NCBI GenBank assembly: GCA_902826455.1
Contig: CADEEV010000001.1
Span: 298,983 to 362,982, forward strand
Length of the DNA stretch: 64,000 bases
Origin: an uncultured Acidobacteriota bacterium
GTDB lineage: Bacteria; Acidobacteriota; Vicinamibacteria; Fen-336
Direction: 5' to 3'
The notes beneath the pieces were generated by a model that saw nothing but the letters and a program-made list of their open reading frames with translations, was not told where the DNA came from and searched no databases. This document shows, one piece after another, positions 19,906 to 28,935 of this stretch. Every line of letters starts with the position of its first letter. The first letter of the stretch is position 1. The position numbers and the translations under genes are program-made.

Positions 19906-21075
19906 CTAGCGGCCGGCGGCGATCCGGGTCATCGACAGGCACACGGCCCGCGGCACGCGGTAGGGCTCGCCGACCTGGGTGAGCCTGCCCGTCGCCTTCG
20001 CGATCCGGAAGACCACGACGTTGCCGGAGTCGCGGTTCGCGACGAGCAGGTACGTCCCGGTGGGATCGATCGCAAAGTGCCGCGGGTGCTTGCCCTGGGT
20101 CGGCTGATGGCCGACGAGCGTCAGCTTTCCGGTCGCGGCGTCGATCGCGAAGATCGCGAGGCTGTCGTGGCCGCGGTTGGAGCCGTAGAGGAAGCGTCCG
20201 TCCGCGGAGACGGCCACCTCGGCCGTGTAGCTCTTGCCCGTGAAGCCCGCGGGAAGCGTCGAGACGGTCTGGGTCGCCTTGAAGGCGCCGCTCGCGGCGT
20301 CGAAGTCGAGGGCCGTGAGCGTCGAGTCGAGCTCGCTGATCACGTAGGCGTGGCGCCCGTCGGGATGGAACGTGAAGTGGCGCGGTCCCGCGCCGGCCTT
20401 GAGCGAGAGCGTCGCGGCGCTCGTGAGGGCGCCCTTCGCGGCGTCGAAGTCGTAGCTGAACAGCGTGTCGAGCCCGAGGTCGGCGACGATCAGGTGGCGA
20501 TTCGAGGCGTCGAGATCGACCGAGTGGGCGTGGGGCCCGGCATCGGCGTCGACCGCGTTCTTCGGCATCGGGTGTTGCACCAGGGCGGATGCGGCTCCGA
20601 GACGGCCGTCGCCGGCGATCGGGAACACCGAGACGTTGCCGCCCCAGTAGTTCGCGACGAAGGCGTGCCGGCCCTTCGCATCGAGGGTCAGGTGGCAGGG
20701 AGCGGGCCCGCCCGAGGGCAGCGTGTTGAGCCACGTCAGGGCTCCGGTCGCCGTGTCGACGGCGTAGGCGCTGACGCCGCCCGGGGCGTCGGTCCGCGCG
20801 TCGCCCGTCTCCACTACTGAATAAAGATGCGAGCCGTCCGGGCTCAGGGTCACCCAGGAGGGCTGCTTGGCCGGCGTCGGAGCGCCTTCCTCCGCGAGTG
20901 CGCCGGTCGCGAGGTCGAGGCGCAGGCGGTAGATGCCCTTGCTGTCGGTGTCCGTGTACGTGCCGACGTAGACCCGCACCGCGCCAGCGGCCGGAGCCGG
21001 CTCGGCCCGGACGAGACCGGCGGCGGCGACGAGGGGAAGCAGGAGCGACAGGGCGAGTTTCTTCACGGCGCGCAT
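19906..21075 (-). CDS. 7-bladed beta-propeller lactonase (6-phosphogluconolactonase / COG2706 family), secreted
   Basis: Start reassigned to MRAVKKLALS (signal peptide). Repeated propeller motifs, e.g. PRHFAIDPTGTYLLVANRDSGNVVVF. Confidence 0.8.
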   Translation of the reverse strand: MRAVKKLALSLLLPLVAAAGLVRAEPAPAAGAVRVYVGTYTDTDSKGIYRLRLDLATGALAEEGAPTPAKQPSWVTLSPDGSHLYSVVETGDARTDAPGGVSAYAVDTATGALTWLNTLPSGGPAPCHLTLDAKGRHAFVANYWGGNVSVFPIAGDGRLGAASALVQHPMPKNAVDADAGPHAHSVDLDASNRHLIVADLGLDTLFSYDFDAAKGALTSAATLSLKAGAGPRHFTFHPDGRHAYVISELDSTLTALDFDAASGAFKATQTVSTLPAGFTGKSYTAEVAVSADGRFLYGSNRGHDSLAIFAIDAATGKLTLVGHQPTQGKHPRHFAIDPTGTYLLVANRDSGNVVVFRIAKATGRLTQVGEPYRVPRAVCLSMTRIAAGR

Positions 21076-21091
21076 TCTGCCACGTCCCGAC

Positions 21092-22654
21092 GTGCATGAA
21101 ACCCTCCGAGGCCGCACAATCTCGGCCGTGAGTTCCCGCCCCGGAACGATTCCCCTCGAGGCGCAGAGCGGCCTCGATCCCTGGAAGCGCGCGGAGCTGC
21201 CGGCGCCGCCCGACACGCGCGGGCTGCGCATCCTCGGCATCGTGGGTCCGGGGGCGATCGTGCTGGGGGCGTCGATCGGCAGTGGCGAGTGGCTCGTCGG
21301 CCCCTCGACCGTCGTCAAGTACGGCCTGTCGCTGCTCTGGGTCACGGCGCTGGCCGTGACGTTCCAGACGATCTTCAACACCGAGGTCGTGCGCTACACG
21401 CTCTACACCGGCGAGCCCGCCTTCACCGGCTTCATGCGCACGTGGCCCGGGTCGCGGTTCTGGGCGTGGGTCTACGCGTGCCTGTACTTCCTCCAGAACG
21501 GCTGGCCTGGCTGGGCAGGCGCCTCCGCGGGCGCCGTGTTCTTCCTCTGCTTCGCACGGCCCGCGACGGCGGCCGACGCCGGAACGATCTACGCGATCGG
21601 TGTCGTCGCCTATCTGCTGTGCGTCGCGATCCTGCTCCTGGGTGGTCGCCGCATCGAGCGCACCATGGAGCTCCTCAACTGGGCTCTCGTCATCGGCATC
21701 CTGGGTACCCTGACGTTCCTGTGCCTGCGCTTCGCGCCGCCGTCGCGCTGGCTCGCGGCGCTCACGGGCTTCGCCGCCTTCGACATGCCCTCCGGCCAGT
21801 TCCGCCTGCTGCCGCCGGGAGCCGACTGGTTCCTGATCGGAGCGTTCGCGGCGTACTCGGGATGCGGCGGCGTCACGAACATCACGCTCTCGAACTGGGC
21901 TCGCGACAAGGGCTACGGCATGGGCCAGGTCGTCGGCTACATCCCGACCCTCGTCGCCGGGCACAAGGTTCCTCTCGCTCACACGGGCAGCGTGTTCGAG
22001 CCCGATGCCGCGGCCCTCGAGCGCTGGCGCGGCTGGTGGCGCATCGTGCGGGCCGACCAGTGGGGTATTTTCTTTCCGGGAGCGCTGCTCGGCATGGCGC
22101 TCCCGGCCATCCTCTACACGGCCTCGATCCCGTCGGGCACGGACCTGCGCGGCCTGGCGATCGCCTCGGAGCTGGCCCGCGCCCTGGCCGAGCGCGGCGG
22201 CCGGCTCCTGCCCCTCGTGCTCGCGGTGCTGAGCGTGTGGATCCTGTTCAAGGCCCAGCTCGACATCATGGAGGCGACGGTGCGCTCCCTGACCGACATC
22301 CTCTGGAGCGCGAGCCCCCGGGTGCGCCACTGGCGCGGCGGCGACGTGCGCGCGGTGTACTTCACGGTCCTCGCGACCCTCGTGACGTGGGGCCTGTTCG
22401 CCATGACCCTGACCCAGCCGATCGTGCTGCTGCAGCTCGCCGCGAACGTCGCCGGCTGCGTCATGGTGCTGGGCGCCCTCCACATCCGCCACGTGAACGC
22501 GACGCTGCTGCCGCCCGCCCTCAGGCCCTCGGCCCTGCGCCAGGCGGCCCTCGTCGCCATGGCCCTCTTTTACGGCGTGTTCGTCTGGCTCTGGCTGATG
22601 GGCGGCTTCATGCCCGATCCGGCCAAGGGCTTCCTCTTCGTCCTGTTCCGCTGA
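21092..22654 (+). CDS. Nramp-superfamily transporter, a divergent member with a non-canonical first-helix motif
   Basis: 11-12 TM. GPGAIVLGASIGSGEW...LLWV aligns to the Nramp GPG...DPGN...LLWV region, but DPGN is replaced by GSGE. GTG start. Confidence 0.7.
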   Translation: MHETLRGRTISAVSSRPGTIPLEAQSGLDPWKRAELPAPPDTRGLRILGIVGPGAIVLGASIGSGEWLVGPSTVVKYGLSLLWVTALAVTFQTIFNTEVVRYTLYTGEPAFTGFMRTWPGSRFWAWVYACLYFLQNGWPGWAGASAGAVFFLCFARPATAADAGTIYAIGVVAYLLCVAILLLGGRRIERTMELLNWALVIGILGTLTFLCLRFAPPSRWLAALTGFAAFDMPSGQFRLLPPGADWFLIGAFAAYSGCGGVTNITLSNWARDKGYGMGQVVGYIPTLVAGHKVPLAHTGSVFEPDAAALERWRGWWRIVRADQWGIFFPGALLGMALPAILYTASIPSGTDLRGLAIASELARALAERGGRLLPLVLAVLSVWILFKAQLDIMEATVRSLTDILWSASPRVRHWRGGDVRAVYFTVLATLVTWGLFAMTLTQPIVLLQLAANVAGCVMVLGALHIRHVNATLLPPALRPSALRQAALVAMALFYGVFVWLWLMGGFMPDPAKGFLFVLFR

Positions 22655-22712
22655 GGCTCGCTCCCCCCTTGCCGAGCCTGCGCGCCTCGCGATAGTAGGA
22701 TGACGGCATGGA

Positions 22713-23609
22713 GTGGGTCCGCGGTTGAAGACCTCGGTGCTGGACCGCATCGGCAACACGCCCCTGCTCCGTCTCGAGCTGCCGGGCCTGACGCGCCGGG
22801 TCGAAGTGTGGGGCAAGTGCGAATGGCACAACCCCGGCGGTTCCGTGAAGGACCGCACGGCCCTCTCCCTCGTGAACGAAGGCGAGCGCTCCGGCGCCCT
22901 GTATCGAGGCAAGACGATCCTCGACTCGTCGTCGGGGAACACGGCCGTAGGCCTCGCCCTCGTGGGACAGGCGAAGGGCCATCCCGTCGAGCTGCTCATG
23001 CCCGAGAGCGCCGCTGAACACCGCAAGGAGCGCTGCCGCGCGTACGGCGCCACCCTCACCTTCACCGACGCGTTCGCGGGCTCCGACGGAGCCATCCTCG
23101 AAGTGCGGCGCAAGGTGGCGGCCGAGCCGGAGCGCTACTTCTACGCGGACCAGTACCGCAATCCCGCGAACCCCCTGGCGCACTATCGCACCACGGGGCC
23201 CGAGATCTGGGAGCAGACGGGCGGCCGCGTCACGCATTTCGTCGCGGGCCTCGGGACCTCCGGCACGGTGATGGGCACGGGCCGCTTCCTGCGCGAGCGC
23301 AACCCCGCGGTGCGCGTGTGCGCGGTCGAGCCCGACGAGCCGTTGCACGGGCTCGAGGGCCTCAAGCACATGGCCTCGGCGATCGTGCCGGAGATCTACG
23401 ACCCGCGCGGCCACGACGAGCTCCTGACGATCGCGACCGAGGCCGCCTACGCCGAGCGCGAGAGCACACGGGCGCGCTCGGGCCTCGTCGTCGGCCATTC
23501 CGCGGCGGCGGCGATCGTGGCGGCCGGGCGCATCGCCCGGACGCTGACCGAGGGCGTGATCGTCGTCCTGTTGCCCGACCAGGGCGGCCACGAGGAGGGG
23601 CGCGCGTGA
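22713..23609 (+). CDS. cysM: Cysteine synthase (PLP-dependent; CysM type that uses a thiocarboxylated carrier)
   Basis: PLP-lysine region (GGSVKDR) and a GNT-type S(S)GNTA loop. Immediately followed by the mec and cysO homologues. Confidence 0.9.
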   Translation: MGPRLKTSVLDRIGNTPLLRLELPGLTRRVEVWGKCEWHNPGGSVKDRTALSLVNEGERSGALYRGKTILDSSSGNTAVGLALVGQAKGHPVELLMPESAAEHRKERCRAYGATLTFTDAFAGSDGAILEVRRKVAAEPERYFYADQYRNPANPLAHYRTTGPEIWEQTGGRVTHFVAGLGTSGTVMGTGRFLRERNPAVRVCAVEPDEPLHGLEGLKHMASAIVPEIYDPRGHDELLTIATEAAYAERESTRARSGLVVGHSAAAAIVAAGRIARTLTEGVIVVLLPDQGGHEEGRA

Positions 23610-24022
23610 GGATCCCCCGACAGGAAGCCGACGCCATGGTCGCGCGCGCCCTCGAGGGCTACCCCTTCGAGGTCTGCGGCGTGTTCCTCGGCCGGGGCGG
23701 CGACGTGCGGCGTGCCGTCGGCGTCGCGAACCGTGAGACCGAGCGGCCGCGCGTGCGCTATCAGATCGCCCCCGCGGATCTCATCCGTCTCCAGCGCGAG
23801 GGCGAGGCCGAAGGCCTGGAGATCGTGGGCTACTATCATTCCCATCCGGATCATCCCGCGCGGCCCTCGGAGACCGACCGGAGCGTGGCCGCGGGCGGGT
23901 TGTCCGACGGGGTATTCCACGTCGTGATCGGCGTCGAGCAGGGGATCCGGGGCACGCCCACGGCGTGGGTCTTCCGCGACGCGGATCAGGCGTTCCATGC
24001 CGAGCCGCTCGAGATCGAATAG
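23606..24022 (+). CDS. mec: JAMM/MPN+ metalloprotease Mec
   Basis: EVCGVFLG and the HSHPDHPARPSETD (H-x-H-x7-S-x2-D) JAMM zinc motif. The GTG start overlaps the cysM stop (GTGA). Confidence 0.85.
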   Translation: MRIPRQEADAMVARALEGYPFEVCGVFLGRGGDVRRAVGVANRETERPRVRYQIAPADLIRLQREGEAEGLEIVGYYHSHPDHPARPSETDRSVAAGGLSDGVFHVVIGVEQGIRGTPTAWVFRDADQAFHAEPLEIE

Positions 24023-24035
24023 GAGAAGAGAGTCC

Positions 24036-24314
24036 ATGGCGATTCGCGTCCAGGTTCCCGCGCCGTTGCGCTCGTTGACCGGTGGTGCCGCCGAGGTGAG
24101 CGTCGAGGCGAGCGACGTCGCGGGTCTCGTCGACGCCCTCGAGGCCTCCCACAAGGGCCTGCGCGATCGCCTGTACGACGCGAGCGGCGAGCTGCGCAGC
24201 TACGTGCGGGTGTTCGTGAACGAGGAGGACGTGCGCTTCCTGGGCGGCAAGGCGGCGCCGCTCAAGGCCGGTGACGTGGTCGCCATCGTGCCGGCGATCG
24301 CCGGCGGCCTCTAG
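24036..24314 (+). CDS. cysO: MoaD/ThiS-like sulfur carrier protein CysO
   Basis: 92 aa beta-grasp-sized protein ending ...AIAGGL (Gly-Gly plus one residue). AGGAGA RBS lies 8 nt upstream of the ATG. Confidence 0.8.
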   Translation: MAIRVQVPAPLRSLTGGAAEVSVEASDVAGLVDALEASHKGLRDRLYDASGELRSYVRVFVNEEDVRFLGGKAAPLKAGDVVAIVPAIAGGL

Positions 24315-24315
24315 T

Positions 24316-25224
24316 TCAGCGAGCGGGCTTCCGCGTGTACAGCAAGTCGTAGGCGACGCTCCACGTCTTGCCGCCGTCGGTCGAGTTCTCGCCGAGCTGG
24401 CGCACCGTGCCCTTCTGATCGAAGAAGGTCATCTTCTGCTGCGTCTTCGTGAGCTTCCCGTCGGGTCCCGGGATGAGGCTCTCGGCCAGATAGGCCATGG
24501 TGCCGTCAACGAAGCGGCCGTGGTACTCGGTGAGCGTCCCGCTCGAGTCCACCCAGGTCTGCCGCCACTCCTTCGTGGTGCTGTCCCAGATGTTGAAGCT
24601 CTTGCCCGTGACGCCTTGCGAGCCCGTCCAGTTCTCGTAGATGACGCAGTCGCCGAGCATGCGTTCCACGTGGCTCTCGCCCGCGAGCGCGCCGCTCGAC
24701 GTCACGTCCCAGTCTCCGATCCAGAAGTCGAACTGCCGGTGCTCGGGCGCGTACGCGCACGGCCGCGCGTTGCGGTCGGCCGCCTCGCGGACCGCGGCGA
24801 AGCGCTTGTCGGCGCGGAGCGGCGCGAAGTCGGCCTCGGTATCGAGCATGGAGACCTGGCCGAAGCCCCCGGCCGTGGCCTTGGTGAGCAGCGCGAGCGC
24901 GGCCTCCGTGTCGCCGGCACGCGCCAGGGCCCGGGCGGACCAGGCCTGCATCAAGGGTGGCGGAAACCCCAGGCTCGCGGCCGTCTCGAAGCGCGGCACC
25001 GCGTCCTTCGCGCGACCGAGAGCCAGCAGCGAGGCGCCGTGGCGAAACGCGTACATCGGGTTCTTCGGGGACTGGCTCGCGAGGGCCGCGTACGCGTCGG
25101 CCGCGCCCTTCCAGTCCTTCGCTTGATAGAGGCGATTCGCCTCGGAGGCATCCTCGGCACGGGCCGGCACACCCAACGTCATGAGACACACCACGATACC
25201 GAGACCGCCGATCCAGCGCTGCAT
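24316..25224 (-). CDS. Secreted TPR-like/DUF protein (hypothetical)
   Basis: 302 aa. Signal peptide, an N-terminal TPR-like helical region and a C-terminal conserved-looking beta domain. Confidence 0.7.
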   Translation of the reverse strand: MQRWIGGLGIVVCLMTLGVPARAEDASEANRLYQAKDWKGAADAYAALASQSPKNPMYAFRHGASLLALGRAKDAVPRFETAASLGFPPPLMQAWSARALARAGDTEAALALLTKATAGGFGQVSMLDTEADFAPLRADKRFAAVREAADRNARPCAYAPEHRQFDFWIGDWDVTSSGALAGESHVERMLGDCVIYENWTGSQGVTGKSFNIWDSTTKEWRQTWVDSSGTLTEYHGRFVDGTMAYLAESLIPGPDGKLTKTQQKMTFFDQKGTVRQLGENSTDGGKTWSVAYDLLYTRKPAR

Positions 25225-25385
25225 GAGTCCTCCTGAAGGCTCTTGTGGGTCACCGCTGGGGAGACTACGCCCGTGGCCGGGGCGGGACCATGAGCGCGGG
25301 GTGAGCGGTGGGTGAGGTGGGACCGTTGACGCGCCCCGTGGGCATCCCGTAGCGTGGGCGGGACGAACGGCTGGAGAGGGTTTGA

Positions 25386-25835
25386 ATGCGGGCAGTGGTG
25401 CAGCGGGTCAGGGAAGCGTCGGTCACGGTCGACGGCGTCGTCGTGGGGCGCATCGGCGCCGGGCTCCTGGTGCTCCTGGGAGTGGGCCAGGGCGACGCCC
25501 AGGCGGACGTCGAATACATCGCGGACAAGACGGCGAACCTGCGCATCTTCGAGGACGACGGGGGCCACATGAACCGTTCGGTCCGGGACGTGTCCGGCGC
25601 CGTGCTCGTCGTTTCCCAGTTCACGCTCTACGGCGATGCGCGCAACGGCCGCCGGCCCGGGTTCTCCTCGGCCGCGCCGCCGGAGGACGCCAATCGCCTG
25701 TACGAGGCCGTCGTCACGCGGCTGCGCGAGAGCGGTCTGCCCGTGGAAACCGGCAGCTTTCGCACGATGATGGACGTGGCCCTCGTGAACCATGGACCCG
25801 TCACGCTCCTGCTGGACAGCCGCAAGAATTTTTGA
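25386..25835 (+). CDS. dtd: D-aminoacyl-tRNA deacylase
   Basis: 149 aa; SQFTLY and NHGPVT motifs. Confidence 0.9.
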   Translation: MRAVVQRVREASVTVDGVVVGRIGAGLLVLLGVGQGDAQADVEYIADKTANLRIFEDDGGHMNRSVRDVSGAVLVVSQFTLYGDARNGRRPGFSSAAPPEDANRLYEAVVTRLRESGLPVETGSFRTMMDVALVNHGPVTLLLDSRKNF

Positions 25836-25854
25836 CCATGACACGCGTTTGGTC

Positions 25855-25876
25855 TTGACAGTCCTTCATTCTGTCA
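25855..25876 (+). promoter_or_regulatory. Putative promoter/operator upstream of the Rrf2 regulator gene
   Basis: TTGACA at 25855-25860, within the perfect inverted repeat TGACAG-N9-CTGTCA (25856-25876), about 30 nt upstream of the ATG at 25906. The region is locally AT-rich. Confidence 0.4.
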
Positions 25877-25905
25877 TCTAGTCTATCACTTCGATAGGCA
25901 TAGAT

Positions 25906-26355
25906 ATGAAAATTTCGCATCGGGGTCTCTACGCGCTCAAAGCGCTCGTTCACCTGGCCGCGGCCTACGAGCGCGGCCTCGTCAAGATCCACGAGATCGC
26001 CGAGCAGGAGGAGATCCCGGAGAAGTTCCTCGAGGGCATCCTCGTGACGCTCAAGAACGCGCGCGTCGTGAGCAGCCAGCGCGGCCGGGAGGGCGGCTAC
26101 CGCCTGCGCCGGCCTCCCGAGGAAATCGTCATGGGGGAAGTGGTCCGCATCGTGGACGGGCCGCTCGCGCCTTTCGGCGACGCCGTCGAGCTCCAGCATC
26201 GCATCCGCACCGAACCCCGGCAGGCCGGCCTGTTCCAGGTGTTCCTGGACGTGCGCAACGCGGCCTCCGCGATCCTCGACAAGACCACACTCGCCGACCT
26301 CGTCCAGCGCAACGCCCGTGTGCTGGCAGGTCGGGCCGTCAAGGGAGGGGCCTGA
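25906..26355 (+). CDS. Rrf2-family transcriptional regulator (CymR/IscR-like)
   Basis: 149 aa; Rrf2 wHTH (HRGLYALKALVHLA...IHEIAEQEEIPEKFLEGILVTLKNARVVSSQRGREGGYRL). Confidence 0.9.
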   Translation: MKISHRGLYALKALVHLAAAYERGLVKIHEIAEQEEIPEKFLEGILVTLKNARVVSSQRGREGGYRLRRPPEEIVMGEVVRIVDGPLAPFGDAVELQHRIRTEPRQAGLFQVFLDVRNAASAILDKTTLADLVQRNARVLAGRAVKGGA

Positions 26356-26376
26356 CGTCCGGCCGCGCTCGCTTCA

Positions 26377-26646
26377 ATGTCTATTACCCCGCTAGAGGTT
26401 AAAGACACTACGCCCGGCGAACCCCAGCCGGGGGAGAAGCGCGTCCTCGCCGCGCTGCGTGGCCTCCGCTTCGGCTCGGTCGAAGTGGTGGTCCACGACG
26501 GCCGCATCGTGCAGATCGAACGCCGCGAAAAGGTTCGCCTCGAAGACGCGGACCGCCGCTCGCCGGGCGACCGGAAGCGGGAACCGAACCACAACGGCCG
26601 GGCTGACCGGATCTCCGGAGGCGCCGTCCCGGAGACAGAAGAATGA
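26377..26646 (+). CDS. DUF2292 (YezD-like) small protein with a C-terminal extension
   Basis: Core LRGLRFGSVEVVVHDGRIVQIERREKVRL matches YezD/DUF2292. The stop overlaps the porin start (ATGA). Confidence 0.6.
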   Translation: MSITPLEVKDTTPGEPQPGEKRVLAALRGLRFGSVEVVVHDGRIVQIERREKVRLEDADRRSPGDRKREPNHNGRADRISGGAVPETEE

Positions 26647-27905
26647 AGACGTACACGACGTGGCTTGGCGCCGTTGCGGTCGGCTTCCTGCTGGCCAGCG
26701 GCACCGCCGGGGCTCAGGGCAAGCCAAAGGAAGAGGCGCCGAAGCCCGCGGGCGTCAAGGTCGCCGCCGGCTCGGACGGCTTCGCGTTCCAGTCCGAGAG
26801 CGGCGACTTCAAGGTCCAGATCCGTGGTCTCGTCCAGGCCGACGCCCGCTTCTACGCCTCGGACAAGGGCAAGCTGGGGACCGACACGTTCCTGCTCCGG
26901 CGCGCGCGGCCCATCGTCACCGGCTCGGCCGGCAAGTACTTCGAGTTCAACCTCACCCCCGACTTCGGCGGCGGCCAGGCCGTGATCCAGGACGCCTACG
27001 CGGACATCAAGTTCAACGCGGCCGCGCGCCTGCGCGCCGGCAAGTTCAAGCCGCCGATCGGCCTCGAGCATCTCCAGTCCGACCCGATCCTGCCCTTCGT
27101 GGAGCGCGCACTCGCCGCGAGCCTCGTCCCGAACCGCGACGTCGGGCTCCAGCTCTCGGGCGACCTGGGCGGCGGCGTCGTCTCCTACGCCGTGGGCGTC
27201 TTCAACGGCACGGCGGACGGGGGCAGCGTCGATCTCGACGTGAACGACGGCAAGGACGCGGTGGGCCGCTTGCTGTTCACGCCGTTCAAGAAGGGCCAGT
27301 CCCCCGCGAGCGGCCTGAGCTTCGGGATCGCGGGCTCGTCTGGCAAGCAGTCGGGCGCCCCGTCCGCGTATCGCACCGGCGGCCAGCTCTCGTTCTTCAG
27401 CTACGCCACGGGCGTCGTGGCCGAGGGCGATCGCAGCCGCCTCGCGCCTGAGCTCTCGTTCTTCCACGGGCCGGTCGCGATCATCGCGGAGTACGCCCGC
27501 TCGAAGGCCGGGATCAAGAAGACCGCCACCTCCGAGCGCCACTCGATCGAGGCCAGGGGCTGGCAGGCGACGGCGGGCTTCTTCCTCACGGGCGACACCG
27601 CGTCCTTCTCGAGCGTCAAGGTCAAGAAGCCCTTCGATCCGTCGAAGGGCCAGTGGGGCGGCTTCGAGCTCGTGGCCCGCGTCAACGCCCTCGAGATCGA
27701 CGACGACGCCTTCAGCCTGGGCCTCTCGGACATCACGAAGTCCGCGCGCAAGGCGACCGCCTGGGGCGTCGGATTCAACTGGTACGTCAACAACAACATC
27801 CGCCAGGCCATCTCGTACGAGCGGACCAGCTTCGATGGCGGCGCCGCCACGGGCGACCGGCCCGACGAGAACGCCCTCTTCATTCGCACCCAGCTTTCCT
27901 TCTAA
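26643..27905 (+). CDS. OprO/OprP-family anion-selective outer-membrane porin (in the sulfate-uptake operon)
   Basis: 420 aa; signal peptide; beta-barrel alternation; C-terminal F; family motifs shared with the oprP paralogue at 55042. Confidence 0.85.
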   Translation: MKTYTTWLGAVAVGFLLASGTAGAQGKPKEEAPKPAGVKVAAGSDGFAFQSESGDFKVQIRGLVQADARFYASDKGKLGTDTFLLRRARPIVTGSAGKYFEFNLTPDFGGGQAVIQDAYADIKFNAAARLRAGKFKPPIGLEHLQSDPILPFVERALAASLVPNRDVGLQLSGDLGGGVVSYAVGVFNGTADGGSVDLDVNDGKDAVGRLLFTPFKKGQSPASGLSFGIAGSSGKQSGAPSAYRTGGQLSFFSYATGVVAEGDRSRLAPELSFFHGPVAIIAEYARSKAGIKKTATSERHSIEARGWQATAGFFLTGDTASFSSVKVKKPFDPSKGQWGGFELVARVNALEIDDDAFSLGLSDITKSARKATAWGVGFNWYVNNNIRQAISYERTSFDGGAATGDRPDENALFIRTQLSF

Positions 27906-27927
27906 GGCTCGAAAGGAACCAAGGACC

Positions 27928-28935
27928 ATGAATTCGAATCGCAAGGCTTTCCTGGCCGTCGCGCTCGCCGTCGGCCTCGCACGCTCGGCATACGCCGCGG
28001 ACGCCACGCTCCTCAACGTCTCCTACGATCCCACCCGCGAGCTCTACTCGGAGTACAACGCCGCGTTCGCGAGGTACTGGCAGGGCAAGACCGGCAAGAC
28101 CGTGGAGATCCAGCAGTCCCACGGCGGCTCGGGCAAGCAGGCCCGCGCCGTGATCGACGGACTCGAAGCCGACGTCCTGACCCTCGCCCTCGCCTACGAC
28201 GTCGACGAGGTCGGCAAGAGCGGCCTGTTCGCCGCCGACTGGCAGAAGAAGCTCCCGAACAACAGCGCGCCCTACACCTCGACCATCGTGTTCCTCGTGC
28301 GCAAGGGCAACCCGAAGGGCATCAAGGACTGGAACGACCTCGTGAAGCCGGGCACCTCGGTCGTCACGCCCAACCCGAAGACCTCGGGCGGCGCTCGCTG
28401 GAACTATCTCGCGGCCTGGGGCTACGCGCTGCGTCAGCCCGGCGGCAACGAGCAGAAGGCCCGCGCGTTCGTCACGGCGCTCTTCAAGAACGTGCCGGTG
28501 CTGGACTCCGGCGCCCGCGGCTCGACGAACACGTTCGTGCAGCGCGGCATCGGCGACGTGCTGCTCGCGTGGGAGAACGAGGCCTACCTGTCGGTCAACG
28601 AGCTCGGCCCCGACAAGGTCGAGATCGTGACGCCGTCGGTGAGCATCCTGGCCGAGCCGCCCGTGGCGGTCGTGGACAAGGTCGTCGACAAGAAGGGCAC
28701 GCGCGCCGTGGCCCAGGCCTACCTCGAGTACCTGTACTCGCCCGAGGGCCAGGAGATCGCGGCCAGGCACTACTACCGCCCGCGCCTCGCGGCCGTGGCC
28801 CAGAAGTACGCGGGCCGCTTCGGCAAGGCGCCGCTGTTCACCATCGACGAGGTGTTCGGCGGCTGGGCGAAGGCCCAGAAGGCGCACTTCGACGACGGGG
28901 GAGTCTTCGACCAGATCTATCAGCCCTCGAAGTAA
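27928..28935 (+). CDS. sbp: Periplasmic sulfate/thiosulfate-binding protein
   Basis: Signal peptide; Sbp/CysP fold motifs ([29 protein letters not shown]). Start reassigned to MNSNRKAF. Confidence 0.9.
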   Translation: MNSNRKAFLAVALAVGLARSAYAADATLLNVSYDPTRELYSEYNAAFARYWQGKTGKTVEIQQSHGGSGKQARAVIDGLEADVLTLALAYDVDEVGKSGLFAADWQKKLPNNSAPYTSTIVFLVRKGNPKGIKDWNDLVKPGTSVVTPNPKTSGGARWNYLAAWGYALRQPGGNEQKARAFVTALFKNVPVLDSGARGSTNTFVQRGIGDVLLAWENEAYLSVNELGPDKVEIVTPSVSILAEPPVAVVDKVVDKKGTRAVAQAYLEYLYSPEGQEIAARHYYRPRLAAVAQKYAGRFGKAPLFTIDEVFGGWAKAQKAHFDDGGVFDQIYQPSK

